Origin: a virus
IMG/VR virus record: IMGVR_UViG_3300031566_005149
Coordinates: 1 to 64,000 of that record
DNA length: 64,000 bases
Reading direction: 5' to 3' (one strand)
Positions 20,647 to 30,952 of the stretch are shown here, in pieces. The notes under the pieces were generated by a model. The model saw nothing but the letters and a program-made list of their open reading frames with translations. It searched no databases and had not been told where the DNA came from. A program made the translations under genes and the position numbers. Position 1 is the stretch's first letter, and each line of letters starts with the position of its first letter.

Positions 20647-23111
20647 TATGAGAACACCCTTATGATCATATTATCTTCATCAAAATATACATACTCAGGC
20701 CCATAACGAAGTAGAGTTTCTTGAGTGAAATCATTTATATCAAAGTTAAAGAATATACTTGACTGAGGCTGTCTCAAAACAACATGATCAACACCTTCAA
20801 GCCCTTGAACGACATCTATAATTTCCGAGCGATATATATTTTTGTTAATACCGAACCTACTTGTAAATTCTGTTGATATCGCTGTTACCACGGAATCTCT
20901 TAGATTACCATTTGTTGCTGAATAAGTGGATGATTTAAAAACATCTATTTCAAGAATTAATGGTATATCATAACTTGGATCGACCCAACCAAAAACTGAG
21001 AAAATATATTTACGATTCTTATTCGTAACGAAAACCATATTGTCTGATTTTGGTGTTATAAATGTGAATGTGAGTGCTGTTGCATCAGCTAATACAGCAA
21101 TGTTATTATCTTGACCGGCAAATGAACCCTTACCATTCAGAACAATATATCTATCACCGCTACTACCAGATATAGGCGGGACAGATAGAATATCTATGAC
21201 AGGGAGGATACTAACATCGTTTAACTGCATGTTCTCCAGTTCACCAGTTGTATTGGCTAACTTGAAATTAACAAAGTCGGTTAACATTTTATAATCTTTG
21301 AATGTTACTTCAGTGATCAATTTTTGCATAACGGTAGTTTCAAATGAAACTTGATCTATTGAATCGTAGTAGTCTTTTTCTACCACAGGAATATCATACA
21401 CAATATATCCAGTTGAATCTGACACGACATTTGATGTTGAAAAATCAGATAGATCTTTTCTAAATGTAAATGTTGTTTGATACTGACCGATTAAACCGTC
21501 ACTTGGGTGACTGATTGTAAAATAATAGGTATTTTCATTAGAAGGCAAAACGGTATAATCTGGAAAAGAGAAAGTGAATTGGCTTGCTGTAGCATCATTG
21601 ATCATATCATAATCTTGACCAGTTTCCAATATTTCTATTTCGCATGATGTTGTTTCAGAATCAGTTTCACTAGATGTATATGATAGTGTAAATTCAGCGC
21701 CAGAACCAACTTGTTTTACATCTAATTTTGTAGCTGTGATGTTGTATGGATCTCCGTAGCTGGTGACAAGAACTGGAATCTGTTCAATTTCAGTTGCAAT
21801 ATAAAAATATGTTGCGATGGTATTTAGAACTTCAATTTGCATATCAAAAATAGTGAGATAATTGACACCATTATGGGATATGACTGTGTGTTTGGGAACG
21901 TATGTGTTTGTGAAAGTATGATATAGATTTCTTGATGGAACAATTTCACTATTAAAATTCAATGTGGTAAATAATGATATTTCATTAACTTTTATATCCG
22001 ATCTTTTGAGAACTGGGAGAGAGTTCTGATTTAAAGGTGAATCATCAATAATAACATTAGCATTAATATAATCATTTTCAGAAACCAAACGTTCCAGAGC
22101 TGTCAAGTTTGTTATTGCATTTCTTCTAATTTCATCTAAAGATTCTTCGTCATCACCACCTATAGCCGCTTCAGTATTTGTTATTGAGTAATTAACAATT
22201 TGAGTTAATCCAGCTACTGTTGTGCTGTAAATTCTTTGTCCTTGTGTAACCGTTCCAATAACAACATTTCCATTCTCACCATCTGTAATTTGAGTTGTTA
22301 CTCTAACTTTTGAACCTCCAGGTGGTTGATAACCAATCAGTCCATTTCCAAATTGAAGTGTAAAACCATCATCCGTTCTCCTGACAACATAGCCTTTTGT
22401 TGTGGCTTCCATCAAAAACAAACTTGCAATTTCTGTGTATTCAGTATATCCAGCTTGTTCAAGTTCCTGCACTTCAACAACAACATCACTAATTTTTCCA
22501 TCTATAAGTACGTCCAAGGTAATAAATTGATATACCTGTAAGTCCTCATTAATTTGAAATTCTTGTTCGTCTTCTTTATATTGACTAAACGGCAATACAA
22601 AATAAGCAACTTGTTCAGATATTGTTACAGGCATATTAAAGACTTTTGTGCCTTCAGTTAAAACCGCTGTTACGGAAGCGTTGTTTGTGACGGTGACTTC
22701 TGTTGACCAATACGAACTAAAAATAATATCATCAGTTCCTTTAACTTCAAATCCTTCTGGAATTGAAAAGGTAGCAACATTATCTTCAAAAGTTAAAGGA
22801 ACAGCAAATAAAACATTTAGAGAAGATGATGTAGCTGTTTCTGCACTATAACCTAGATATGCAGCTAAATTATATATAGAAGATGGAAGTTGAGCTTTTG
22901 TGAGAAAAAATTCTTTATACGTTGAAATTTGATAAAATAAAACATTGGATGTGATAGTAGATAGAATTTCCACCATGAATGATAAAAAAGATGATTTTGT
23001 CAGATCAACATTCTCAAGTTCCAAATAGGTTTGAAGGAACGTTATAATCTGAGATCTTATTTGATCCCTACTTTTATATACTGCTTCAGATGTTGTTGTC
23101 GTTGTCGCCAT
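20646..23111 (-). CDS. Baseplate wedge subunit (T4 gp6 / baseplate-J-like)
   Basis: KAQLPSSIYNLAAYLGY, LQFGNGLIG, GGDDEESLDEIR, RLVSENDY. Confidence 0.85.
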   Translation of the reverse strand: MATTTTTSEAVYKSRDQIRSQIITFLQTYLELENVDLTKSSFLSFMVEILSTITSNVLFYQISTYKEFFLTKAQLPSSIYNLAAYLGYSAETATSSSLNVLFAVPLTFEDNVATFSIPEGFEVKGTDDIIFSSYWSTEVTVTNNASVTAVLTEGTKVFNMPVTISEQVAYFVLPFSQYKEDEQEFQINEDLQVYQFITLDVLIDGKISDVVVEVQELEQAGYTEYTEIASLFLMEATTKGYVVRRTDDGFTLQFGNGLIGYQPPGGSKVRVTTQITDGENGNVVIGTVTQGQRIYSTTVAGLTQIVNYSITNTEAAIGGDDEESLDEIRRNAITNLTALERLVSENDYINANVIIDDSPLNQNSLPVLKRSDIKVNEISLFTTLNFNSEIVPSRNLYHTFTNTYVPKHTVISHNGVNYLTIFDMQIEVLNTIATYFYIATEIEQIPVLVTSYGDPYNITATKLDVKQVGSGAEFTLSYTSSETDSETTSCEIEILETGQDYDMINDATASQFTFSFPDYTVLPSNENTYYFTISHPSDGLIGQYQTTFTFRKDLSDFSTSNVVSDSTGYIVYDIPVVEKDYYDSIDQVSFETTVMQKLITEVTFKDYKMLTDFVNFKLANTTGELENMQLNDVSILPVIDILSVPPISGSSGDRYIVLNGKGSFAGQDNNIAVLADATALTFTFITPKSDNMVFVTNKNRKYIFSVFGWVDPSYDIPLILEIDVFKSSTYSATNGNLRDSVVTAISTEFTSRFGINKNIYRSEIIDVVQGLEGVDHVVLRQPQSSIFFNFDINDFTQETLLRYGPEYVYFDEDNMIIRVFS

Positions 23112-23129
23112 ATCTAATCTCCAATCTCC

Positions 23130-23780
23130 TTAGACAAAATAGAAACCACTATTTTTATCATAGAATGTGTTTTTTAATCTTTCTCTTATAATTTCATTCT
23201 TAAGTAAAAGCCTTGTCAAAAATGTTGAATTAGGAATGGTGTGAATATTTTTATCATAATCAAAGAAAACATATGTATCTTGAACTTGTTCTTCAAGTTG
23301 GGTTTCAGTAACACTCTGTTCAACCTTTACTCTAACCCTCCAAAAAGTAAAATCAGTATTAACCGATTTCTCAACACCAGAAACATTATAAACTGGATAG
23401 ACATCATTAGTTGGCCTTAGAAAATTTTGCTCAAATTTGATTTTGTCATTTGGCAATGGTGTAATGCCATAAGAACTCGGTATTACAAATGATGTTTCAC
23501 CTTCTTTTACATAACCAATATCCTGAGCATCAAAAGATGTAGTAATTTCTTCTGAATAATAAATTGGGAGCAACAATATTTTATTCCATCTAACTCCACT
23601 GAATTCACCAACTCGATCATATGACCCAGCAAAAACATTTTCATCTTCCCAAATTGTTTCAGGGCCATCTATATGATAATAAGTTGATAAAAAGGAAACA
23701 ACATTCTCAGCATACTTATCATACACCATACGTTGATATTCGTTGATGTATGTATATATGTTACTAAATTTTTGTGCCAT
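23130..23780 (-). CDS. Putative virion structural protein (neck or baseplate)
   Basis: Context within the baseplate operon. Confidence 0.55.
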   Translation of the reverse strand: MAQKFSNIYTYINEYQRMVYDKYAENVVSFLSTYYHIDGPETIWEDENVFAGSYDRVGEFSGVRWNKILLLPIYYSEEITTSFDAQDIGYVKEGETSFVIPSSYGITPLPNDKIKFEQNFLRPTNDVYPVYNVSGVEKSVNTDFTFWRVRVKVEQSVTETQLEEQVQDTYVFFDYDKNIHTIPNSTFLTRLLLKNEIIRERLKNTFYDKNSGFYFV

Positions 23781-24214
23781 TATATTTGTTGTTCCTCTAT
23801 TGGTACTGTTGAATCATCAAATTTAATAGAAATTTCACCACGCTCACCTTTGAAACCACACTCAAGATTAACATTAAAACCTTTTTTATCTGGCAATAGT
23901 GTTATAAATATATTCAATATTTCAGCTCTAGCATCATAGTTTTCAATTCTAGTTTGAACTTCTGTTTTAATAGCTTCCACTGTTCCATCATCAGCTGGCT
24001 CAAAAATGAGTTTATATAAATTACTACCAAAATTGGGATCATAGATATATGACCCCAACGGTGTTAGTAAAATATTATTCCAGGAGTTTAATATGACATC
24101 TATATTTCGTATTCTTTTAAAATCCCCAATAGAAGAAATTCTCGGAATGAAATCGTGAGGCTGTACATCCGTTCCTACTGCCGATTTAATAAAACGTTCT
24201 AAAAGATTAGCCAT
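23780..24214 (-). CDS. Baseplate wedge protein, gp25/GPW-like
   Basis: NILLTPLGSYIYDPNFGSNLYKLIFEP...YDAR. Confidence 0.88.
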   Translation of the reverse strand: MANLLERFIKSAVGTDVQPHDFIPRISSIGDFKRIRNIDVILNSWNNILLTPLGSYIYDPNFGSNLYKLIFEPADDGTVEAIKTEVQTRIENYDARAEILNIFITLLPDKKGFNVNLECGFKGERGEISIKFDDSTVPIEEQQI

Positions 24215-24440
24215 TTTTCAACTCCTTGATCAATTTTTCTTTATCCTCTTCTAGCTTGTTTTTCCATTTGAGCATATTCTTTAATTTAAGAACAGGCATA
24301 TTCATAACACTATCATATGGTTGCTTTAATAATTCAATTGCAGCGAAAACTTCATCTTCCCAATTCTTTTTGAAGGATTCAATATCATTTTCACTATTCG
24401 AGTGTGTGTACCATACGAAAAAAGTTATCGACCAAATCAA
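24207..24440 (-). CDS. Small tail/baseplate assembly protein (T4 gp51-like), possibly a frameshift extension of the upstream gene
   Basis: YDSVMNMP motif. Overlaps the upstream ORF in the +1 frame and has no convincing own start. Confidence 0.55.
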   Translation of the reverse strand: MIWSITFFVWYTHSNSENDIESFKKNWEDEVFAAIELLKQPYDSVMNMPVLKLKNMLKWKNKLEEDKEKLIKELKNG

Positions 24441-25182
24441 GGTCTAGTTCCTCCTCTTCACCACACATAGGACAAGTCACTCTCATCTTCAACTCAATCC
24501 CGTAGCTGCCCAATTTATCTTTATACTCTTTGAATATTGCCCTCTTATCGTTTGGGGGTAATGCTCTGTAAGCATCCACAATATCTTCTCGTGTTGAATA
24601 AACTACTGAATCCTGGCCTTTAACATTTTCCGTAAAATTCTCAATGATTAAAGTTTCAGTCATAAGATCAAGTACTTTAGAATTATTACCAGCCAGCTTC
24701 ATTGCTTCTTGTTCATCTTTTAAAGTCGGCTGTCTAATGGATACACTAACACTATCCATAACAGGTAGCTGTATCTGAAACTTGGCGTCTAGAATATTTT
24801 GATCTTCTGGATATGAATTCATTGAAAATGTTGATGATGCTTTTATCGTGATCGCATGAGTTTTTCCACATGAGCCACACGATACATCATAATTACGAAC
24901 TTCTTCATAAGTGATATGATACAATCCATATAATAATGCATCCCTATCCTTCAATGTCAGCTTCGTCAAAAAGTCTTCAAAAGATTTAACATCATTTGGT
25001 GGGACTGTAACACAATCAAAAATACAACGATTTAAATGATCTGTCACAACAGAAGGAGAAAGAAGACTTCCTTTGAGCCTCTCTTCCTCCTGAACTGACA
25101 TTGATTTAAGTCTAAAAGACTTGTTGGTATGTGGCGTTATGACCTCATACTCTGGAAATTTCTGTTGAAATCCTGTAAACAT
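24394..25182 (-). CDS. T4 gp26-like baseplate hub / tail assembly chaperone
   Basis: KSMSVQEE, LTLKDRDALL, two CxxC motifs, ends NFFR, follows the tail tube. Confidence 0.7.
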   Translation of the reverse strand: MFTGFQQKFPEYEVITPHTNKSFRLKSMSVQEEERLKGSLLSPSVVTDHLNRCIFDCVTVPPNDVKSFEDFLTKLTLKDRDALLYGLYHITYEEVRNYDVSCGSCGKTHAITIKASSTFSMNSYPEDQNILDAKFQIQLPVMDSVSVSIRQPTLKDEQEAMKLAGNNSKVLDLMTETLIIENFTENVKGQDSVVYSTREDIVDAYRALPPNDKRAIFKEYKDKLGSYGIELKMRVTCPMCGEEEELDLDLVDNFFRMVHTLE

Positions 25183-25206
25183 GGTTATGTCTCCTTTCCG
25201 TTCTCT

Positions 25207-25222
25207 ATTTATTAATTATTCT
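25207..25222 (-). promoter_or_regulatory. Putative late promoter (1 mismatch)
   Basis: AGAATAATTAATAAAT on the - strand. Confidence 0.45.
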
Positions 25223-25232
25223 AAATACGATT

Positions 25233-25952
25233 TTAGGTTCCAGCACTAATGCGGTTACCATAATTTTCAATACTTGCTTTAGCAGCATAAACACTATCAG
25301 ATAATGATTGACATTTTGTTTTAACCCAGTTTTCATGCCAAATATAATCTACATTGAATTCAACTTCAATGTCTAGACGCCCGACAGTTTCTACATCACT
25401 GGTAAAAAGATCTTGTGGATCTTTAGTTGGAAAAACACCATCATAAGCAGCATAATATTCAACCTGTTTTCCATCTGGAGCTGTGGTCCAATAATACATA
25501 ATAGCAGCATATGTTGATTTGGTATATCCAGATAACGAATCTGTATCTTGTAGATTAGACACACCGGTTCTGTAGTCTCGAATCATTTTTACCCAACCAT
25601 GCATAATGTTAGTTGTTGGTGTTCCATTGAATTCTAAAAACTTAACTGACACAGAGTTTCCATAGTCAATGTTTCCAGGGACTGCCCATTTGATACCACC
25701 CAACCCAGTGTATTCAATTTTGTTGAGTGTTCCACCTGGAGGTGTTACTGAAAGACAGGCACCAGCCATATAATTTCCTAGGTCTAATATGTTGTCAAAA
25801 CCAGTGTATGATTTCAAACCAACTGGAAGTGCAGCCATGTAAATGAAATGATAACCTGTTAGATATGGATCGGCCACACCAGTAAGTGTACCACCAAAGT
25901 TTCTGGATAACCTATTGCCTGGGACCTTTGCGAACGAATTTTTTAAAGCCAT
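25233..25952 (-). CDS. Tail tube protein (gp19-like)
   Basis: SVTPPG, VPGNIDYG, VKFLE, YDGVFP, VEFNVD. Lies downstream of the sheath. Confidence 0.75.
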   Translation of the reverse strand: MALKNSFAKVPGNRLSRNFGGTLTGVADPYLTGYHFIYMAALPVGLKSYTGFDNILDLGNYMAGACLSVTPPGGTLNKIEYTGLGGIKWAVPGNIDYGNSVSVKFLEFNGTPTTNIMHGWVKMIRDYRTGVSNLQDTDSLSGYTKSTYAAIMYYWTTAPDGKQVEYYAAYDGVFPTKDPQDLFTSDVETVGRLDIEVEFNVDYIWHENWVKTKCQSLSDSVYAAKASIENYGNRISAGT

Positions 25953-25972
25953 CTTGATGTCCTCCGTTTTAT

Positions 25973-26521
25973 TTATAAACTCTTCTCCCGTTTTTTAATC
26001 TGAGAAATTACATCACCCCAATCACCATTTTTTATAAGAACAACTTTATCATCAATATAAAAATCGGCAATAATTTTTTCTCCTGTTATACGATCAAAAT
26101 ATATTCCATAGTTGATCAAATAATTTTTTATATTTTGAATCTCGTCTTCGAGATCGTATGCAAATGTATCAGCATTTTCCTGACTAGCTCTAGTTGTGAA
26201 AATGACAATTTCATACCCTTTACTCTTCAAATATTCTATAGATTTTTTAGCAGCTGGAAATGGATCATCATCCAACTTACCATCATTCCAACCAGACTTA
26301 GCTGAATATATAGTCTTATCAAAATCTATCATAACTCTACCGAATTTTCCACCCCTTTCTTCAAGAGGTTTTGGATTTTCGTCGTTTTCGTCATCATCTC
26401 TATTTCTCATGATTGGAGGAGTTGGGGAATCAATAGCAAAACCACCTACAGCTTCATCAGCTATAGTTTTCAATTCATCAAAAAATTCAGATAATTGTTT
26501 TGCTAGATCCTGTATATTCAT
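25973..26521 (-). CDS. HAD-superfamily phosphatase with an acidic N-terminal leader
   Basis: IDFDKTI, IVIFTTR, KIIADFYIDDK. Confidence 0.8.
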   Translation of the reverse strand: MNIQDLAKQLSEFFDELKTIADEAVGGFAIDSPTPPIMRNRDDDENDENPKPLEERGGKFGRVMIDFDKTIYSAKSGWNDGKLDDDPFPAAKKSIEYLKSKGYEIVIFTTRASQENADTFAYDLEDEIQNIKNYLINYGIYFDRITGEKIIADFYIDDKVVLIKNGDWGDVISQIKKREKSL

Positions 26522-26546
26522 GTATGAATCTCCATTGAGTCTATAT

Positions 26547-26562
26547 CTTTTAATTTTGTTCT
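26547..26562 (-). promoter_or_regulatory. Putative late promoter variant
   Basis: AGAACAAAATTAAAAA on the - strand. Confidence 0.5.
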
Positions 26563-26585
26563 ACCTTTTTACCGAAGTCTCATAT

Positions 26586-26605
26586 CTATATATATTAATA
26601 AGTGA
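26586..26605 (+). promoter_or_regulatory. Putative early promoter
   Basis: CTATATATATTAATAAGTGA, one of 4 intergenic copies. Confidence 0.7.
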
Positions 26606-26651
26606 GCAGACGTATTGACTGCTTAATTTTTTATTAGGAGGTGAAGTCAAT

Positions 26652-26945
26652 TTGAAATTTGTCTTACCCAACAATTCGAAAAATAGTTTGATAAAAGCAG
26701 CAAACCTCGTTAAAGAAGGTTTTGCGAAATGGGAAAAAATGACAAAAACAAAACGAAATATTATATCGGGTGTTTCGTTTGTTATGACAGGTCTTTTTCT
26801 TCCAAAAGCTATGCTCATGCTCGTCGTTTCATCGGTTTATGCTGGTAGACATATGTACCTGAATGGTGAAGTTGAAAGAGCAGCAGAGGAAATCGTTATA
26901 AAAACAGACTGCTCCTGTTCAGAGCCCGAAGTCGGACATCTGTAA
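26652..26945 (+). CDS. Small membrane protein
   Basis: AGGAGG RBS, TTG start, hydrophobic central segment. Confidence 0.7.
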   Translation: MKFVLPNNSKNSLIKAANLVKEGFAKWEKMTKTKRNIISGVSFVMTGLFLPKAMLMLVVSSVYAGRHMYLNGEVERAAEEIVIKTDCSCSEPEVGHL

Positions 26946-26956
26946 TCACTGTGTTA

Positions 26957-26981
26957 CTGGGGTCACGGTTAGTGACCCCAG
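26957..26981. terminator. Stem-loop between convergent genes
   Basis: CTGGGGTCAC-ggtta-GTGACCCCAG. Confidence 0.65.
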
Positions 26982-26995
26982 CTATATACCTATTT

Positions 26996-28951
26996 TTACT
27001 TGATGAAGAAGTTAAGTTCAATTCTTTCAACAACTCTGGTTGGTGTCAATGTAACATTAACATGAAAAATCTTAGTTTTTCTTTCGTAGTCAGTAGCACT
27101 GACTTCAACCTCATAATTGTCCAGACCTCTTCTATTTTTGATGACTTCCAAGAAGTTGGTAACTTCACTGGCTACCTGACCCCAAGTTATCTCATCATTT
27201 TGCTCGAATATAAAGAAACGACAGAACTGTTCTAATGCTCTCTTACAGAACAGAACCAATCTAACGATGTTAAGATCTTGCAAAGCACTTGGTTTTGCCT
27301 GTGATGTTAGCTGACCCCAAACAACATATCCCTGAGCAAACTTAACAATTGGATTCAGTTGTTTTAGATACATCTGATCTCTCTGACCCAAACGTGGATT
27401 ATAACGCAAATCCTTGATGGTATCAATTGATGCTCTATTAAAACCAGCAGCAGCAAACCAGATTTCTGCAACATTATCATTTCTTGGAATCAAATAAGAC
27501 ATATGATAAATTGGTGAGAACCAAATATCAGAACCAGTAAATGGATCAGAAACTTTATTATAAGGTTCATACATTGCAATATAAAAATTGTTGAATGTAT
27601 TGGTGTTGTTTCTGGTCGATAAAGCAATATTTACTGTTGAGTTATCACCATTGTCGATGATTCCGACACAATCTTTTCTTGTCTGACATAGTGTACTAAT
27701 TGCACTCTTTACATCAGCTGGATAACCAGCATCATAGACCAGTGAGAAATAAATCAACTCTGGATCAAGTATGTTATCATCTATGATTCCAGTATAGGCT
27801 TGTTCTAATAGAGTCTCAGCTTCGGCTGTATCAACAGCTCCAGTTCCAGTTCTCAATGAACCTTCAGAACCTTGTCTTAATGGAACAGGAATTGAAGATG
27901 TAAAAAGATCAGCAACACTGACATTAGATTTACGAATTTTATAAGTGATTTTTTCTTCTGCGGTTGTTACGAGAGTTCCGGTATCACCAAGCCATCCTGG
28001 GGATGCACCTGACAAAGCTCTAGTTGGGTAAACTGTGATAGTTTCGTTATCAACACCACTGGAAGCACCCAACCAACCCCACACGGAATTCCCTCTTGCG
28101 TCTTTGGCAATTACGACATAAGTTGCATTTCCTATTGCAGGAGTTTTTTGCCAATCTGAGAAATCTTGTTTGTCATCTGTGATTGTCATACTAACTAGAT
28201 CAACATCGACATTACCAATTTCATTATCATAATTCTTGGCAATAAGCTTATATCCATCTGTATATTCTCCGCTTGACAGTTCCATTTCTGCTCTCAGGAT
28301 AGTGGAATAAGTTTCAAGAACAGAAACAATAAATATTGAATCTCCACCATTATCAACTGCATTTGGGTCAAAGGACACTGCAAACGATTCTATGATAACA
28401 TCGTCACCGTCTGTTTGTCGTTCATAGATATCCATTGTATACATACTATCGAGAGTTGGATTAGCTGCTTCGGTGATTCTAACCCCTATTCCATTGTAGT
28501 AATCACCTCTTCCGATTGGATATAGGAATGCCAAAGGTTGGGTGTCAACAACAGTAGCCAAGTTTGTTTGAAGCTCTCCTAAAGTATTCAAACTGGCAAC
28601 ATAGGTAATAGAGAGTGATGCAGTCGCGTCTCCACTGGCCAGTTGGGTGTCAATTCTCATATTTGAAAACGTTGCATCATCTGGAAGAACTCTCATCCAA
28701 TACAAAGATCCAGATTCTCCTAAATGATTATAAGCAATGTATGGTCCTTGACCAAAGTTCTTGCCATAATCATTGATGTTTGGTTCGCCCCATTCGGAAA
28801 CAAACTCCGCACGAGACCCAACGAAAATGATTTCGTTGTCTCGACCTTTCCTCGTAAATCCATTGATCAGACCAATTGATGATGGTACGACCTGGACAAA
28901 GGTTGAAAGATCAATTATTTTGGTGTACACCCCAGGTGAAATATTTGCCAT
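26996..28951 (-). CDS. Tail sheath protein (gp18-like)
   Basis: MANISPGVY, WFAAAGFNR, LNPIV, VWGQLT, LNIVRL, FEQND. Confidence 0.95.
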   Translation of the reverse strand: MANISPGVYTKIIDLSTFVQVVPSSIGLINGFTRKGRDNEIIFVGSRAEFVSEWGEPNINDYGKNFGQGPYIAYNHLGESGSLYWMRVLPDDATFSNMRIDTQLASGDATASLSITYVASLNTLGELQTNLATVVDTQPLAFLYPIGRGDYYNGIGVRITEAANPTLDSMYTMDIYERQTDGDDVIIESFAVSFDPNAVDNGGDSIFIVSVLETYSTILRAEMELSSGEYTDGYKLIAKNYDNEIGNVDVDLVSMTITDDKQDFSDWQKTPAIGNATYVVIAKDARGNSVWGWLGASSGVDNETITVYPTRALSGASPGWLGDTGTLVTTAEEKITYKIRKSNVSVADLFTSSIPVPLRQGSEGSLRTGTGAVDTAEAETLLEQAYTGIIDDNILDPELIYFSLVYDAGYPADVKSAISTLCQTRKDCVGIIDNGDNSTVNIALSTRNNTNTFNNFYIAMYEPYNKVSDPFTGSDIWFSPIYHMSYLIPRNDNVAEIWFAAAGFNRASIDTIKDLRYNPRLGQRDQMYLKQLNPIVKFAQGYVVWGQLTSQAKPSALQDLNIVRLVLFCKRALEQFCRFFIFEQNDEITWGQVASEVTNFLEVIKNRRGLDNYEVEVSATDYERKTKIFHVNVTLTPTRVVERIELNFFIK

Positions 28952-28952
28952 T

Positions 28953-29864
28953 TTAATATCCTCCGCTATCAAGTAATAGATTTTTTTGTTTTAAATTTAA
29001 TTTTTTCTTCACTCTAAATATAATCTTCCTTGATAACTGATTGCCTCTAAGCAATTCGGCATTTAATAATCTTAAGTATTTTTTCCACAAAATTCTATTA
29101 TAGTTTGTTTTTGTGTGGCAAGAAACGCATAAATATATTACATTTCTTCGCCTATTATCTTTTTTTATATAATTTATATGGTGCAGATTCTTTTTATATC
29201 TACCCTTCAATTTACTTAAACAAATTCCACATAAGTAGGTTTGTTCTTTTAAAATTTGTTGTCTAAAACCAACATCAAAAAATTTAGCATCATATTCTGT
29301 GTGATAATTTTTTGGTTTTATTTCTTTTCGTTGCTTATTTTTAATTATTTCAGCTTTTTCTTTTCCATACATTTCCTCATAAGTTTTTCCAAGTTTATGA
29401 GTGCGATATTTCTTCATATTTTCAGATGTATGTTTTCTTCCAAAAAATGGATTGTTTTCACCAACATATCTTTTAGAAAATATGTTTGATAAATTCGCTT
29501 TTAATTTTTCAGACTTTTCTAGACCATGTATTTCTTCATATGTTTTTCCTTTATTAGGACCTTTCCCACACCTTCTAGTCCAATGATTATTTCCTTCTGT
29601 TAATTTTCTTCTACGATCCAGAATATCTTTATCGTTTGAAACACATTTGGTTGAACAAAATTCATGATACCCTATAGAAATATTTTTATATCGTGTCTTC
29701 TCTCCACAATAACATATTCCTTCATCATCCTTTTTTAAATATGTATCATAATATTCTTTGCTTGTTATTTTATGTGCCTGTGAAAAATGTCTTTGTAAAG
29801 ATAATAAAATATTGAAATTTCTTTTGCATATTTCACATGTTTTGCCCTTTCTGCTATTCACCAT
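28953..29864 (-). mobile_element. Free-standing HNH homing endonuclease with NUMOD3-like repeats and an N-terminal zinc finger
   Basis: GENNPFFGRKHT, CGIC...LHHINYIKKDNRRRNVIYLCVSCH. Confidence 0.8.
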
Positions 29865-29876
29865 TATAATCCTATT

Positions 29877-30569
29877 TTATACGTAAATATACCAAATAAA
29901 AATGATCCGACGATCTACTGTTTTTATTAGGGTTGGAAACGTGACTCGGGCGAACAAACTAAACTGTCCATTATATCCTGGATTGCGTGACTCTGCTGTA
30001 TAAAGCCCCGCTTCACTTATCTGTTTTCCATTGCATAATGCTGTACCCATAGTCGTTGTAATTTTTCCTATTAACCATTTATCTTCATTATTAAAATCTC
30101 TTTCGAACTCGACGTTATCAAAGGGATATTTATAATATCCGGTGTTGGGGTAGATTCCACCGGCTACATGATAGTCAGCAGCTGATGAGTCAGTCGCACT
30201 TATCATGACCAGAGAACTAAGCTCAATATCAGTTAGTGTTGGTGGTATTGGAACCAATGGATCAGCGACCCGAACTCCACCAGCACCAAATCCCATCCAA
30301 TATAAAAATTCATCTTTTGTTGGTGTTGCACTTGAGTTCTCAACATCGAATATTCTTTGAACGACATACTCTCTGGCAAGATAAACGATTAAATTACTTT
30401 TATTTAAAAGTTTCTTCTGTCCACTATCATCAACCTCCCAAATCTCAACCCATCCTTTGGGTCTTCGTTCAGAACTTTGACCGGCAAAAACTGCATCACC
30501 TAAGCAATGATCTCCATATCTCTCTTCTGCTATGACTTCGATATCCTTAAGTTTTGATTTATTTGTCAT
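29877..30569 (-). CDS. Tail-collar/fibre-attachment baseplate protein
   Basis: NLIV, MGFGAGG, ISEAGLY, FARVTF pattern. Confidence 0.6.
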   Translation of the reverse strand: MTNKSKLKDIEVIAEERYGDHCLGDAVFAGQSSERRPKGWVEIWEVDDSGQKKLLNKSNLIVYLAREYVVQRIFDVENSSATPTKDEFLYWMGFGAGGVRVADPLVPIPPTLTDIELSSLVMISATDSSAADYHVAGGIYPNTGYYKYPFDNVEFERDFNNEDKWLIGKITTTMGTALCNGKQISEAGLYTAESRNPGYNGQFSLFARVTFPTLIKTVDRRIIFIWYIYV

Positions 30570-30611
30570 GATTTTATATATCCCTTACAAAAATTTTCTA
30601 TTTCTAAATCC

Positions 30612-30627
30612 ATTTACTTTTTGTTCT
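30612..30627 (-). promoter_or_regulatory. Putative late promoter
   Basis: AGAACAAAAAGTAAAT. Confidence 0.6.
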
Positions 30628-30652
30628 AGTTTTTTTAAGAATAGCGTTTTAG

Positions 30653-30672
30653 CTATATATATTAATAAGTGA
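30653..30672 (+). promoter_or_regulatory. Putative early promoter
   Basis: CTATATATATTAATAAGTGA. Confidence 0.7.
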
Positions 30673-30693
30673 TATAAACAAAGGAGGATTATA

Positions 30694-30771
30694 ATGATTA
30701 AGGTAGCAATAATCGTAATCGCAGTATTGGCCCTCGGAGCTTTGAAAAGAGCAATCATGAAACATTATTAA
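30694..30771 (+). CDS. 25-aa hydrophobic peptide MIKVAIIVIAVLALGALKRAIMKHY
   Basis: AAGGAGG RBS, directly after the early motif. Not in the ORF track. Confidence 0.65.
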   Translation: MIKVAIIVIAVLALGALKRAIMKHY

Positions 30772-30789
30772 AAATAGGAGGTTAAAGGT

Positions 30790-30900
30790 ATGATGGCATC
30801 CGCAATTATAATTGCAACATTGATCGTGGAAACGGTCATATACGTAATGGGGGTTAAGTGTGGAATATTTACTCCCAAACACAAGCGAGTTAATAGATGA
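30790..30900 (+). CDS. 36-aa hydrophobic peptide MMASAIIIATLIVETVIYVMGVKCGIFTPKHKRVNR
   Basis: AGGAGG RBS, followed by a terminator. Not in the ORF track. Confidence 0.65.
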   Translation: MMASAIIIATLIVETVIYVMGVKCGIFTPKHKRVNR

Positions 30901-30949
30901 GATGAGGAGGAGAGGGTGATGCAGCTGATCACCCTCCCCATCTTTTTTT
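30900..30949 (+). terminator. Rho-independent terminator
   Basis: GAGGGTGAT-loop-ATCACCCTC, then a T7 run. Confidence 0.75.
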
Positions 30950-30952
30950 GTC

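Noticed and set aside
30649-30882. - strand 77-aa ORF in the track
   Set aside because: Antisense to two RBS-supported + strand peptides that have a promoter motif and a terminator
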